Program-made: the position numbers and the translations under genes
Part shown: positions 13,235-26,900 of the stretch, one piece after another
Layout of the letters: each line of letters opens with the position of its first letter
How positions within the stretch are numbered: position 1 is the stretch's first letter
The notes under the pieces: model-generated
Told to the model about the DNA's origin: nothing
What the model saw: the letters and a program-made list of their open reading frames with translations, nothing else
The model's database searches: none
DNA from: Utricularia gibba
Taxonomy: Eukaryota > Plantae > Magnoliophyta
Assembly: GCA_002189035.1 (NCBI GenBank)
Contig: CM007991.1
Location: forward strand, 620,001 to 684,000
Length of the DNA stretch: 64,000 nucleotides
Reading direction: 5' to 3'

Positions 13235-13897
13235 AGGAGGCCTGGAAAATGAAATCCTTTCTTTCCAAACAAAAAATAATATATGATTTTTCTCCGACAT
13301 TCCAATTTTAACATTTTCCTTCAGAATTAATTATTTTACATAACCTCACAAATTATTCCAATTTAATAATTGAGTTAATGCAGTAGTGCTTATAAAACCC
13401 TAGAAAGGCAACATGGCACATAATTGACACAACTGCCCCTCCACACAACCATCCCTGATCCCTAGCTCCAACTTGCAGTGTGGTAAAAGTTCTTAGATTT
13501 AGTCATACATTTGAACTTCATATAATGAGTTGAACCAAAGTTAACCATAGATTTAAATTGAATCCAATTTCTTTGTGAAGGGACTGCCACCAAAATGTGA
13601 TTGTAAAAGCAGCAAAGTATGGGTTTCTTAGGACCCAAGACTTGTTGGACTGAATGCAACAGATGTGACAAGATAACATCCTCTAATTGTCACGCCATGT
13701 GGGAAAACTGAGATACAAAAATCTCATTATCATACTCTCAAGGTAGGTAAAAGCCAACTACTCCTATGGAGAACAGAACCAAAAGAGGAAGAAAGCATTA
13801 AGCAGTTAACCTAAGCGAGTCACTGTGCATAGGCAGGAAAAAAGTCTTCGGGGTTGTTTGAAGACAGTACATCATAAACTAGCAGGTCAAAACGCAC

Positions 13898-16800
13898 CTA
13901 CTTCTTCTTCTTACCAAAGCCACCTTTGGTTTTCTTTTTAGCTGGTTCCTTCTCTGTTTTGTCGCTTGTTTCCTGCAAAAAAGAGGGCGTGATCAACACA
14001 AGAATGTGATGTGGCAGCTTGTTTGTTTTCAAAGGAACAAGCAGCACACAGAGCTGAACAGCAAATAATAAGGTAAATTTGAGCCAACACTGTTCAATCC
14101 TGTGAGAAATTGGAAATGGATGCATGATGAACCTACTTCTCTATTCACCAGAACTGTAAGACAGTCACCAATATGAGCAATGACATGGCAAGCTTGAAGT
14201 CACAGGAGCCGGTATGTAGCCTTTTACATGTCCATAAAGCAATGGCTTTGGCGCAACAATATTTGGAACTTTAATACTCAAACGGGGTTTTGAAATCTTT
14301 AACTGCAGCATATAGGAGGCAAAGCACAAGAAAAGCAAAGTTTCTTATAAGCAGGTAGGAAGTAACATCTGAACACAATACAGACTACTGTCTGTGGAAA
14401 TCATGCATCCTTGTCATATGAAGCCAATTCACAAACAAGGCAATACTTACTAGTGGCTCGTATAAACTGCCCAAGATTGCCGATATGTAGGATGGAAGCA
14501 TACCTTTCTTTTAGCATGTGGCGATGGAGCAGCGGCAGGCTTAAAAAATGACTCCAGCCTGTTCCAATTGAGAAAGAGCGTGAGGGAGACAACAAGGACA
14601 GGGACAAAAAAAAAAAAAGCAACATATGATCCATAGGCTCTCAGTTTTCAACAAGTTCATACCGGCCTTGGGATGATTTGTTCTTGGCAGCCTTGATCTT
14701 TTCTATTGCCTGAATTTTCAAAAGAAACATTACAATGAAATGCCTAATTAAAAAAATGAATGTGACAAGGAGGGAAAATTGCCTTCGTTATTCTGTCACT
14801 GTTGAATCCATTTTCATTAACCAGAAAACTAATCAGACCCTGCCAAGAAGAAAAATAGAAAAAGTTCATGGAATATCACATTTGGTGACCAAATATGAGA
14901 AAGTTGAAAAAAGTGTGACAGTAATCACTTCTTCATCTGGAGCGGTCCACTTGAGCTCAAGATCATCAGAGGAAACTGATGGTTCTTTAAAGAGCTTTCT
15001 AGCCTCTACATATGGCCAATCATCTGGTATTTGGTACCTGCGAAAAATAAAAATCATAATATAACACGATCCACAAGATGGAAAGAAAAACAACAAAAGG
15101 TCACGAGAAATTAAAAACAAAGATTTATAAACGGAAGTACTAACTGTGGTTTAATACATGACAAAAATACAACTCGGGAGATGCATTACAATGCATACTA
15201 GCTTTTTATGGGTCTTTTGTATCACGATTCTCTTAACATATTGCAGATAGCTAGCCCAAATATAAAAAATAGGCAGAATTATAAGGTGTAAATACAGGAG
15301 CGATATGCCACCTTTCTTTATTGATATTTTCCAGAATGCTTTCAATACATCCATGCTGTCGAATAAGCTTTAATGCTGTTTGCCCTCCAATACCTGAAAA
15401 GAGCTCAATTAAAGTGCTTAGAGGCCAACTGACATCTGGAAAGCTCTTTCCAATAGAGCATTAGAAAAATAGTATTCATAAAAAAAGGCATTCAACCATT
15501 AGACAGCCAACCTCTGATGCTATCACAGTAATCACAGCCAGAGAGAATGCAAAGATCTATGAATTGATCCATTGTGAGGCTCAATTCCTCCAGCACCTAG
15601 CAACAAGCAAACGAAAAAGCTGAAGAATGTATGTATCCCGCTTTTGATTCTTTGCATCCATATAATAAAACTAACTTTTTTCTGTTAAGAATATATATGC
15701 AAACACTACAAACTCGGACAGTAAAGTATGGATTCTTCAACAATGGTATTACCTTTGACACTTCAAATTCCATCACGGGAATTTTTTTGGAACTGGGATC
15801 CATCAAATGACGGAGGAATCTTGGAGATCCAAAGGTCAAGGAGTCCATATCTTCAGATGCCACAGCATATACCTGAAGTGATTATGTTGAAATAAAGAGA
15901 TGTCAAGGGCAAGAGATTCTTTTTAAAAATTTAAGTCTAGTGACACAACTTATAGCTTGCTATTCTCGCGCTTGCAAATGCTGTGGCACAGCTTTCTTTA
16001 TTACCTCTCATAATTCTTTATCAAAAAGGATATATATTCCTTAAATCTATGGCACTGTGATAATACATGGGCATGCACAACTTTTTGCAAAAATCGAACC
16101 TAAAGATAAGTAAAAATAGCATGCATACTTTCCCAGCCTTGCAAATAGCTGCACACTCGGCTTCTGCTTCTGAAGGAGCCTGAAAAAGTGCACACAAACT
16201 CAGAGGGGGGAAAAACCCTCCACTTGACATGAAGATACGACTATGAGTTTTTAAGAGGAAACGAACATGAAAAGTTAAATTCAACTCGCATCACCTCAAT
16301 CACAGGCACCCCCATAAGTCTCAACAGCTTCTTGCAATCTTCATTGTGTTGCTTTGTCACCTGTACAGCACAGATCCAAGCTTTAGACGACATTGAACAA
16401 TGATACCCAATAGATAATCTTACTGCCATTCCTACTTCCACTAAGAATACCAACTACTGCAGCTTTTGTTCTGTTTTTCTTCCTGTTGTATATGTTTAAC
16501 TATTTCATCCAGCATGCAAACTTCATCAAAATCTAAGAAAATAACGTGCTTCATGTCATGGAATTCAAGAAATCGATAGCCAGACTGAACAGGAGTACAT
16601 GAATATTGAATGATTAGCGTCAAATAGTCTTGGCTCATAGTTTAGAAGGACAAGAGAATCCAACCTTCACAGTTCTTTTGCTGAACTTTTCAATATCCTC
16701 CTTGATACCTGTCTGAATTGAAATCAAAGAAAACCATTTAGATTTTCTGTCCCTGAGAACACAAAGAGATGTATGCATACCTCTAGAGCATCACTTAGGT

Positions 16801-17756
16801 CCTCGGTCGCATCAGCTCTTTTAGAGAACCTGCAATTTTCAAACAAAACTAAAGTTATTCATGTCCAGCAATCAAGCGGAAAAGACTCACCACTACCGTT
16901 TTGCAAGTTCTTGTTTCTTCAGTTCAGGAGGCTTCCCATCAAAGACATAGCTATGTTACAAAACCAACAATGTTAGGAGGGTTTCAAGTACTCTATCATA
17001 ATCATTAACAGGAGAGAAACTTTACACAGGCTTAATTCCAGCTTCTAGAAGCCTGATTGTCCTGGTGAACATCCCTTGTAGATGACTGGAGAAAAAAAAG
17101 GAGATATCAGAATTCCGATTCAACAGATACCATCACAATGCAACACACCAGCAGAAAACGCAGAGAGCTTCGGCTGATGAGTTGTCAACTAGCTTGAAAC
17201 CACGCATGGGATAATGAATAAAAAATTACTCATACTAGATACCTTGTAACATCACCAGCTTCATTGGTAAGCATTTCAGTTCCACTTCTTCCGACAACAA
17301 TCTGCAGAAAAGAAAAAAGTTTGAAACATGACCACAAGATCTGCAATAGGTTTTCTCCCTCTCTTCTTATGTTAAGATTCACAAAAAGCCCAAGACACAC
17401 CCAAGGCCACCCCAATTCAAGATATTTGCATATATATAGTTTTCACACAAAGACCTCATCTATGAAGCACCGAGACGCTTTAAATAGTTAACACCCAGAT
17501 TTTACAATGTTTTCTGTGAGGGCCGGAGTGCGTACCAGAAACTGGTATATACTCATGCTAGCATCAATCGCTATTTTCCGGCCAAAATAGCTCTCAAATT
17601 TCTGCTCTTTCATTGCTTTTGGCGCATTGTCCGCAAGCAGTTTCGTCAGTCCCTAAAATCACCGTATCATTATGGAACATCAGAAGCTCGTTGGCAGGCG
17701 GTGGAAATGGAACGGTCACTTCATAATATCCGTAAAAATATTACCTTTATTCCCAT
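13898..17756 (-). CDS. FEN1: Flap endonuclease 1, many short exons
   Basis: MGIK|[28 protein letters not shown]; HLQGMFTRT; YVFDGKPP; [10 protein letters not shown]; [11 protein letters not shown]; LSGCDYC; PIP box QG|RLESFFK; basic tail GKKKK stop at 13898. Confidence 0.95.
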
Positions 17757-19061
17757 ATGTCTCCGAAGAAGCAACTAATTTATGGCCGTTAAAATCGGTG
17801 CGAGGTTGAGTGCCGTCGACAGCCAAGTTCCGGCGGGCAGAGTGAAAGGAGGGAAACGGAAATGGAAATTTTGGGAGAAGAAAAGAACAATTTCAGGGGT
17901 ATTTGTGTCATTCAATTCACTCAACGTGAGGCAACTTGAATTTTGTTTTGTATAGAATTAAAATATGAAATTAATAATTTTTTAAAAAGAGACTCCATAT
18001 AATTCACATTATAATTGATTGACCTTGTGAATTAATATGATTTTAATTAAACACCATAATTCATATTATTCGATATTTGATTGCGACAATTAAAGAACTA
18101 AATATGCGACAATTAATTTTAATTAACTAAACTCAAATTAAATCCATACACACTCACCAAACACGATCCAATAGTGGTGGAAGTTTCTGATTTTTTTTTT
18201 TTTTTTTTTTGTTTGAGGAGAAGTGGATGATTATGCAATGCCTATCAAAAGGCAACAATTCTACTCCCCACATACAAGGGGTGTGTGTTATTACACGCAG
18301 CAGACATGATGCATAGGTGAGCTACTAGGCAAAATGGCTACATTCTTAGGGTAGTTATGTTTGGTTTTAAGTCATCAGACAATGAGGGAGGCGGTGTCAT
18401 TCATTCATTCATGATCTAGGGGAGGAGCAAACAATTGCCCTTGTACTAGACATCTAGCTTAGCATTTGAATACATTCAATCAACGATATTTCCTAGATTT
18501 ATTGCTTTCCATTTGATGGATGCGTGCAAGGTTACTGCCTTTGGTGGAACAGCGGCAGAGAATCAAACCATTCATGCTTTTTTATAGGCATGGATTGGAA
18601 AGCAGGAGGAAGAGAATAAATACTCATCATCCCCATAGGCAAAAAGGAGGTAAAAGGACAAAAGCTATTTCACTGTCCAAGAGACTGCGGGAAAATAGAA
18701 CAAGTGTAATAAACCCCGGGGCATGCCATCGGCTAGACATCATCAACTCTACCTACAATGGACAAGTAAAACCATACGTTTCCCAAGATTTTTTTTTCAT
18801 GAAGAGCAGGAAAAAAAAAGCCAAAACTGTCAAGACTTTCAGCACCTTGTTAAAAAAGCTTGCCTGCAGGTGTTCTCTGTGACTCTGAGAATGAACCATC
18901 AGGTCTGGTGACTGCTTGTGCCTCTCCCAGGAAGCAGAAAATATGTGGACAAAACCATAACCGTCATCCACTTGGCTGCCAATATTTCATTAACAAATAA
19001 ACGCCATCGGAAAAAAAGAACCACCACCCCCATCAAAAACGGGAATCTGAGTTGCAACAGA

Positions 19062-21907
19062 TCATGAATCTGGATTAGTGTCAGAAGGATTCAAGCCAGA
19101 AGATATCCCTTTCCCCTCAAATGGCAACAAGAATGTCAGCTGCATCCCTTGCAAAATTCTAGGAGATGGATTTGATTCTATGTACTGCATAAAATGACCA
19201 GGCATACGTATTAAAAAGTGAAAACATATGGGCTTTTACATGTCGACACGGGTTAGAAATAGTCACTGCTATAGTACCTTGGTCAAATTCATGCGGAAAG
19301 AACTGATTTCTTCTTCAGTGAGTCCGCCCTCTTCATCGTTTTCTTCCCATCCTAAAGACCGAAGGAATGCAGCTTCTTCCTCCTCCTTAATAACAGGATC
19401 AGAGCAGGGATGCGCCTCACCATTTATGATAAGCTTCTGATCACTACAGGTGTCATCACTGCAGTTTAACACAGCTTCACCTTTAGGCAATGTCTCCACG
19501 TGTTGCCTTTCTGGAGCATCTATATGAGTAGCGTGTTGGACATTGGTTTCAGAATGCTTATCAGAAACTGAGGCTGACTTGGCATTGCCACTGTTCTCCA
19601 TGACAAACGAGGAGTTTGATACATCTAAGCCAGAGGTGGAAGAAGAGTTTGCCATTGATTTCTTCCTCACCAGATTAAAGAACTCATTTCGACTCTTAGC
19701 TTGAGAGGTTGCTCTCTTGTCCAGCACTGCTGACACAGGCTTGTGATCCCCATTGTTTATATGGATCCTGACAGATGCAGGTGGGGGAGCAGACAATAAA
19801 GAACTGCCAGCCTTGTTGCCACTCGCTGGGCTCACGTAATCCTTCATGCCATAGTTGACGCCATTCATTTCTCTTGCAGATTTCAGAACACGGAAGTTCC
19901 CTGAATTGGAAGACTTTGAAGCATCCACAGTGCTTGGCACTCCCCGAGGAGAGTTGTTAGCTGGCGCTGAAGATATCACAGCAGGTGGCACATGGCCCGG
20001 CTTGCCTTTTTGTTTATCTGATAAGCTCAAACCCTGAAGTGTAGACAGCAGTGAATTCAGAAACCATGTTGTGATGTGTACTAATTGATGGAAAACTCGA
20101 GGGAAAAAATAAATGATACAGACCTAGGTAAAAAAACCAGTTATTACCTACTCCGAAGAGTAAAAAAATGTTTAAAAAACGTTATACTACATATTTACAC
20201 AAGATCCTATCCTGTGTGGAGAACTCGCTGATCAACAAGAGGTACAACAGGCATGAATTTTGCATAACATGAACTTATACAAGGCAGTGAATTCGAGCTA
20301 GAATGCCTTTCTCATTTGACAAGAACCATAATACAAAAATCCCAAAGAAAAAATTATACAAGATAAATGAATAGTACAAAATATACGAGTTAGAAATTGT
20401 CTAAGGAATACATCTGCAGTTGGGTTCTTGTTAGCATTTCACTTTATAACCCGCAATCATAACTTTAAACTACAAATTGGGTAGAGTACGCAGATTCATA
20501 TATGAATCAGTTGAATAAAATACGAAAATAGTATGCTGAAGAACACCCAAAAGTAAACTTGAAAGAAAGTATTATCACCACAGATTTCGGCATGGATGGG
20601 GTCACTGGAATTAGACGCCTAGATTGCCTGATAGCCAATTCTTCGCGTCTGAGAGCGCCAACAGACAACTGCGATACAAAAATGTGTCTTGAAGCTCAGC
20701 TTGGATACCTTTAATTGAACAAAAACATCCACTTTGTACTTCCAAAGCAACGATTGCATGTAGATGAGCTACATCAGATAAACTATGATGTAGATGGTCT
20801 CTTTTCGACCTCAACTTATAGATGAGAGACTAATTCCTACTTACACAAAGTTTTATCCATTATTGAAGATTACAAACACATTAAGATACCATATTTCATA
20901 CAATACCAGAAGAAACAAACTGCTAAAAAGACTAATGAAACGTGAGCACGAAACCTACCTGGGGTGCAGTCTGAGCACGCACAGTGCCATGAGTCAGAGC
21001 TTCTGCCATGTTAAAACCTGCATTTGCGCCCAAGCTTATAGATGGAGAACCTGCTGAAGCCATTTGTGATGCAGAGGAAGAGGCAGATCCATTATTTGCA
21101 ACTAAAATGGGAACCTCTGCTAAAGCCGAAGTCCATTTCTCTCCAGCTGATGTTGAGGCGCTCATTTGCAACCTCTGAATGGCAGTAGTCAGACCAGGAG
21201 ATGGAACTCTTCCAACATCGGGGGCCACTCTTTCATCAGTCCCCAAAAATGGAAAATCCCTCTCTAAGTTTGGCTTATGTGCTCCGCTGTTCAAACCAGC
21301 CTTGGAGAGTGAACTCACCTCATTATTCTTTACAAGACCGCCGATATCAGTGACAACTTTACTAGGGTGTGGACTTCCAGGTTTCCCAGGTATCATAGAC
21401 TGGGTACGCCTTAATCTATCCCTCTCGAATCTGCTAAACAATGAACTCCCTTCCCGTTCTAATAAATCTCGATGCCGAAAGTCCTCCAAAAATAATTTTC
21501 CTTGCTCACGAGAATCATATGAATCCTTTTCCCACTCCTTATCACGTTGAATCCTACCAGAACCACTGTAAGATCTAAATTTACCAGAATTGTTTCCACT
21601 AGAGCCCTGCCGAAAGTATGCAGCAGATGCCTTCTCAAATCCAGAAGCTCGTCCATGATTATGACCGTTGCTAATTGCAACGGACTTGTTCTTTGAGACT
21701 GTGGATGCAGCGAGATCATCTGCAAGTGTTACACCCAAGCAAAAGAGGAAGAAATATTTGGAAGTCTACCATATGAGATTTTTTTAAATAATATACTAAC
21801 AGAAACCTTTGAAATAACATACCTGAATGGGATAGAGTGCTTACACCAGATGAACTTGTAGAATTTTTCAGCCATCCAGGTATCAATGTAGGTTCAGATC
21901 TCTCCAT
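19062..21907 (-). CDS. Uncharacterised plant protein, At1g36990/At4g08510-like, 4 coding exons
   Basis: N-terminus MERSEPTLIPGWLK; internal LERDFPFLG, PSPGL, WTSALAEVP, NMAEAL, KSRNEFFNLVRKKS, EEEEAAFLRSLGWEE..GLTEEEISSF motifs typical of this family; last exon 19175-19062. Function unknown. Confidence 0.75.
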
Positions 21908-23973
21908 AACAGATTCTGAACATTATCGTAGTTTCATAAATAAAAATGGCATCAGTCCACAACAGCATACCTCTGGTTCAAGTGACCTTGTATTCCCAAA
22001 TATTGTCTGGAGTAACGAGTTAGACTCAAACCAAGTTTCTAAAAACACTTGATCCCGGTTTCCTTGCACCAGCAATACTTTCCTTAGTATTTGACAGGGA
22101 AACAGTACTTTCCTAGAATACCCCACCAAAACAAACAGAGCCTTATCTATACTACGTAGAAAAACAATATTTTTCCTAATCCTTCTCAAATTATCACCTT
22201 CTATACGCCACCACTGCCATAAAAAACATTGAGAACCTCAATGCACGAAAATAACACGTCTTTGAAGCCGTAACATGCCACTGGCAGGAACCTAGATTCT
22301 AGAAAACGGTTACAACCTATCCACCCAATTCACCAAGCCATAAACTCCGCATATATCGAACCCTAGACTGAAACGGCCATCATCATAGCAAAAACAATCA
22401 CCATAAATTCTAGGGATTGTGTAGCTCGGCTTCCCACGTGTGAATTACCACTGAAAAAATCAGAAAACGACCATTCTTCAGCCGCAGAAGACGGTCATAT
22501 ACAGTGACCACGAATTTCCAGGATTAGAAACGCAGGAAAGATATTCCCCTTACAAAACAAAAACAGAAAAAAACCCTAGTGCATTCTTCAGCCGCCCCCA
22601 CCTAGGGACGTCCTAAATCCGTGATACACGCAAAGTAGTTATTGGAAAATTCTAGACGAGCACCCCCCGCCTCCAAGCCTCAACAACACAGTCTCAGAAC
22701 ACCAAACGCCTCAAAATCGCTGTCTGGGTTTCTCCGCACGGCGAGTTTGGCCGCGTGAGGGAACTTTTATAATCTATGGCGTCGCTCCGGAACGGAGAAC
22801 AGAGAGATTTATTTGGATGCACACAGCCGGCCCAGCAAGTTTATAAAGCGTGCGTGTTGTACGCCAAGTACGTGTTGGAAGGGAAACATGTGCAAATTCC
22901 CTATTTTACCCCTGGTTCTTGCTCTCCTTCCGATTTCCATTCATATTATTTCTCCATTTTATTATTACAATTGGACCTTGGGCATCATACGGGCTTATGA
23001 TCTTCCCGAGCGACGAGCCCAAAGCCCACCATATAATGCCGATCTTTCGTCTACAATTTGCCTTGTTCAATGAAATCCTCTTCTCCTAACACGTGGATGC
23101 CTCTCGTGACACCACCATACGTCGAGACGGCCACAAGTCTACACCCCAATTTTTATGACTTGGTTCGATCAGTATTTTAGTGGATTGGATCCAAGAAGTT
23201 CTTAAAAAAATTTAAAATATATATTTTTTACTTTATTTTATTGTATTTTAAATAAATCTTAATAATTATATTTTTATGTATATATTTACATTAATAGTAA
23301 AAAATATTCGGATTATACATCATTTGGATGTATAATTTTAAGGATTTTGATGAAGCTTCTTAATATAATTATATCAAATGTTTAGAAACATACTTTGAAT
23401 TTTCCATATTTTCAATATTTTGATGGATTAAATTACAATCTTATTATATTTAATATTTTAAAAATATAATTAAAACCTATACCCATAATTAAATGATTCA
23501 ATGGATTTAACCTGTTTTTAAAACACTAGTAAAAGCTCAGTTTTCAATTAGTTAAGATAAAAAATCATAATGTTGGGTGGTGGTTGTTTGGCTTATAAAT
23601 AGGCTACCTCGCTCCCCGGGCATCAGCTCTTCATAGTCTCTTTTGAATATCCAACATCAAAGGATATAGCCGTTCTACACCTCAACATTTGAAGCCCCGA
23701 AGAATGCTGCTGCACAAGGCACCCACATTTTCATTCACAGATGAGAGAATCTCAGTATGGAGGATTGATTTCCAAGGCTTGTCTCTGGTCTCTCTCTGCA
23801 AATTCTCATGCCTTGGGCAAAACCCTGTGTTTACCATCAGCGGAGCCGAGAGCTAGGCCTAAACACAAGGACTGAATCCATGGAACTAACTGACTTGACA
23901 GAAGTATGGGATGGTGTCATGTGCATCATTAGTATTGATACCTGATGAAACCGCAAAGATGGCTTATCTTTAT

Positions 23974-26900
23974 CTATCCAGTAACTTGTTTTTCCCGTTT
24001 TATTATCCCTGTGGGAACACCATAACAAACTGGTGCTGCTCCAATGAGAAAGCGAAGAGCACAGGCGTCTCTAGCTTGGGCCATGAATGACCCAACCCTT
24101 GGTCGGTGTATACATCTGGTGGAAAGCTTACACACCTTGCATTGACTGCAGTCGGCTGCTCTTTCTCTCATCCACGCATTCAGCATTGCCTTCCCAAATC
24201 TGTCAATGTCTTTGTCTGTTACTTCCCACAAGTTGGCAATGATGACAGGGGCGCCTGCCAGTAGATAAGAGATGGGGGCACCCTGTGGCATGTAGCTCCC
24301 TTTAAGATAGAGAGAACCACTGCAGCATCCCAGTAGTAGAGTAGCAGCACATTTTTCTAGCTTCTGGATCTCATGACCAGGAATATATTGCATACCTGAA
24401 CGCGCCAGTGAACATTAGCGGAAGACATGCTAAGGCAACGAAATCAATCCAATGGTTACATACCACTGCCATGGCCACAATAGATGAAAAGATCGTGATT
24501 TCTCAAAGCCAGTGAGAGTTCCCCTACCGTGGGTGCTGCTCCAGCGTTTCCCTGCATCACGTTTGCCCATGCAATCTCATTACGCTCATGGCAAAAAAAC
24601 GTATCACACTATGACACGTTGTGAACTTTAAGTGGTTCGTTAGTTACCTCCATGTTTTGATCCTTGAACCAATCATGGAACTCAGTTTGAGTCCTACTTA
24701 GATCACCATCTGGATTCAATAAATAATAAGAATCCTGGGGTCTATCAACGGGAAGGGTGCAGTAATTGTCTCAGACTGCCCTTGAGTGCGGCAGCCACCA
24801 TTAATTATTGCTTGAATGCAACCAACAGATGGCATCCGGTAAACCTCTTGACCTCTCAGAATTGGCAGGCTCTCCCAGGGTAGCATCTGCATTGAAAATT
24901 GTAAAGGCATTCAAATAGATGAGGAATGCAGTGTAAAAAGGCATGCAAAAACTCTTCGGGTACATGAAATTAATAAAAAACCATGCCAACAGCGTTTTGC
25001 AACAAAATGAATTGCAGCACACCTGGACTTCAAAATCCAGAACCAAAATAATTGGTTTTCTCATATTTTCGTCATCAGGGAAATTGCGTAAAGCCTCATG
25101 TTTCCTCATGAATAACAGATGAATTGCCCTCTCGAAACTGCTGGATGATGGATCACATCCTACTCTAAGATAACATCTTTTGGCTAAAATTAGCTGCAAC
25201 ATATGTTCCTCTTCTTGTGAAAGGTGATTTGATATGCAATCATCACTGATGCACTCTGGCCATTCCCCCAAAAGCAAATGTTTCCATGCACCCAGCCACA
25301 AGTTTTCTGCATCCCTATTCAACAAGTATGACATGGCATTAGTAAGGGGCCTTGGGGCTGATTATCCGGCCGTGATCTTCAAGACTGAGCGACTTACTCT
25401 AAAAACTTAGATAAACATTCATCAAGTTCGCTCCTTTGAGTCCACCACAATGACACGTTTTCTCCCACATGTTCCAAGAAACATTTAGATGATGAATAGT
25501 AATTTCCCTCCAATATGTATCTGAAACCAGGAGCAATGTCATCGATCAAAGTAGAGACCCATGGACACCTCCACTGCTTTGTGAAGTCTTTGCACTCTGA
25601 GATAACAGGTCCCGTGCTAGAAGCTGTTACATGAATTACTAAGATAACCTCAACGAGAAATGAAAGGAGGGGAATGCTTATGGTGTCAATTACCTCTCAA
25701 TGTATTATTTAGAGGCAAAAGTATAGAATGTTGACTGTCCGCGCTCAGGTGGGATATCAGTATCCAGCTCTGCTGTTTTGGAGAACAATTGGATAGCTCA
25801 CTAATCATTACTCCTTCAGCACCTGCAACTGCACTGATGCAGATGATAGGAGTCGAAGGCAAGTCCTGTAAAAATCTAAGAACAAATTTTTCCAAGTCTT
25901 CGCATGATTCAGGAGCGTTCCTGAAACCACTAATTCAAAAAAAGTACTTCAAAGAAAGGAAAATCACGAAATATCAATATTTTCATATCAGACAAACCTC
26001 GTAGAACACGGTGAACACTGATTTGTTGAAAAGGACTTCCAAGAACGATGAACCTAATCAAACAGCAGTTCAAGCTTCAAAATGATGACATAGAAAACTG
26101 AGCATCAAGCTCAATTCTCATATGTAATTTACCCATTATCCTTAGATTTGATGAGAAAAGAATGAAAAAAAACAACACTTAAATAAATGCATCCAAGTAA
26201 AGGTCTGCAAATTTTGGAAAGGTAGTATTTTTATACATTAGACTTCCAAAATCATATGCGAACCATTTGATAAACATTGAAGAGCTTTACACGAGAACCT
26301 AGCAATACGAATCTTAATATATCTGAAAATGGTCAATGGTGTACCTCTAAATCTTTAGCAGTTTCATTTTTCCATTTCTGCATCTGACCAAGGGAAATTT
26401 GCTGATTAAGAGGAGTTCCAAGGGAAGCTTGATGAAAGAAGGCAGCCCATTGACTTTCAGAGCATTTATAACTTGAAGAAAATGAAAGATGGTTCAGAGA
26501 GGCAGCTAGCACATACAAAGCCGCAAGTAACCTTGAAATCTGTTGAATAAGAAACAAAGTCATATGCAACACCCGTTCAAATAATCACTCAAGAGTAATT
26601 TGGTAATTTTTGAAGCAGAATCACTGCAGAAGGATGACTATTGTAACAAAAATTCTGGTCCAGATCCAAAACAGCAATCTTAACTAGTACTATTTAGAAA
26701 AAATAATTCTCTATACACATCAAGTATCCTACCTTTGCTTGAAGTTATCAAACAAAAGAACATAAAACCCATACCTTTTGCATTTGCAACGGGACTTCTT
26801 GAGAGAGCACAAAAGCCATCTTCAACAAGTAGATAATCCCAGCTACTCCAATGCAAGGTAGTTTACAGCAATTTTTTCTGTTTGATAACTCGTATCAGAA

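Noticed and set aside
16024-16033. ATATCCTTTT (minus strand), an AT-AC U12-like donor in FEN1
   Set aside because: It is internal to an ordinary GT-AG intron (16128-15873) that already gives the correct frame.
23770-23820. CCAAGGC...GCCTTGG stem suggesting a miRNA hairpin
   Set aside because: The stem is only 7 bp and matches no miRNA family I know.
24321-24341. Separase catalytic motif reads LLGCCSG rather than the usual LMGCSSG
   Set aside because: The catalytic Cys and His are retained; a single adjacent substitution is weak evidence of altered function.
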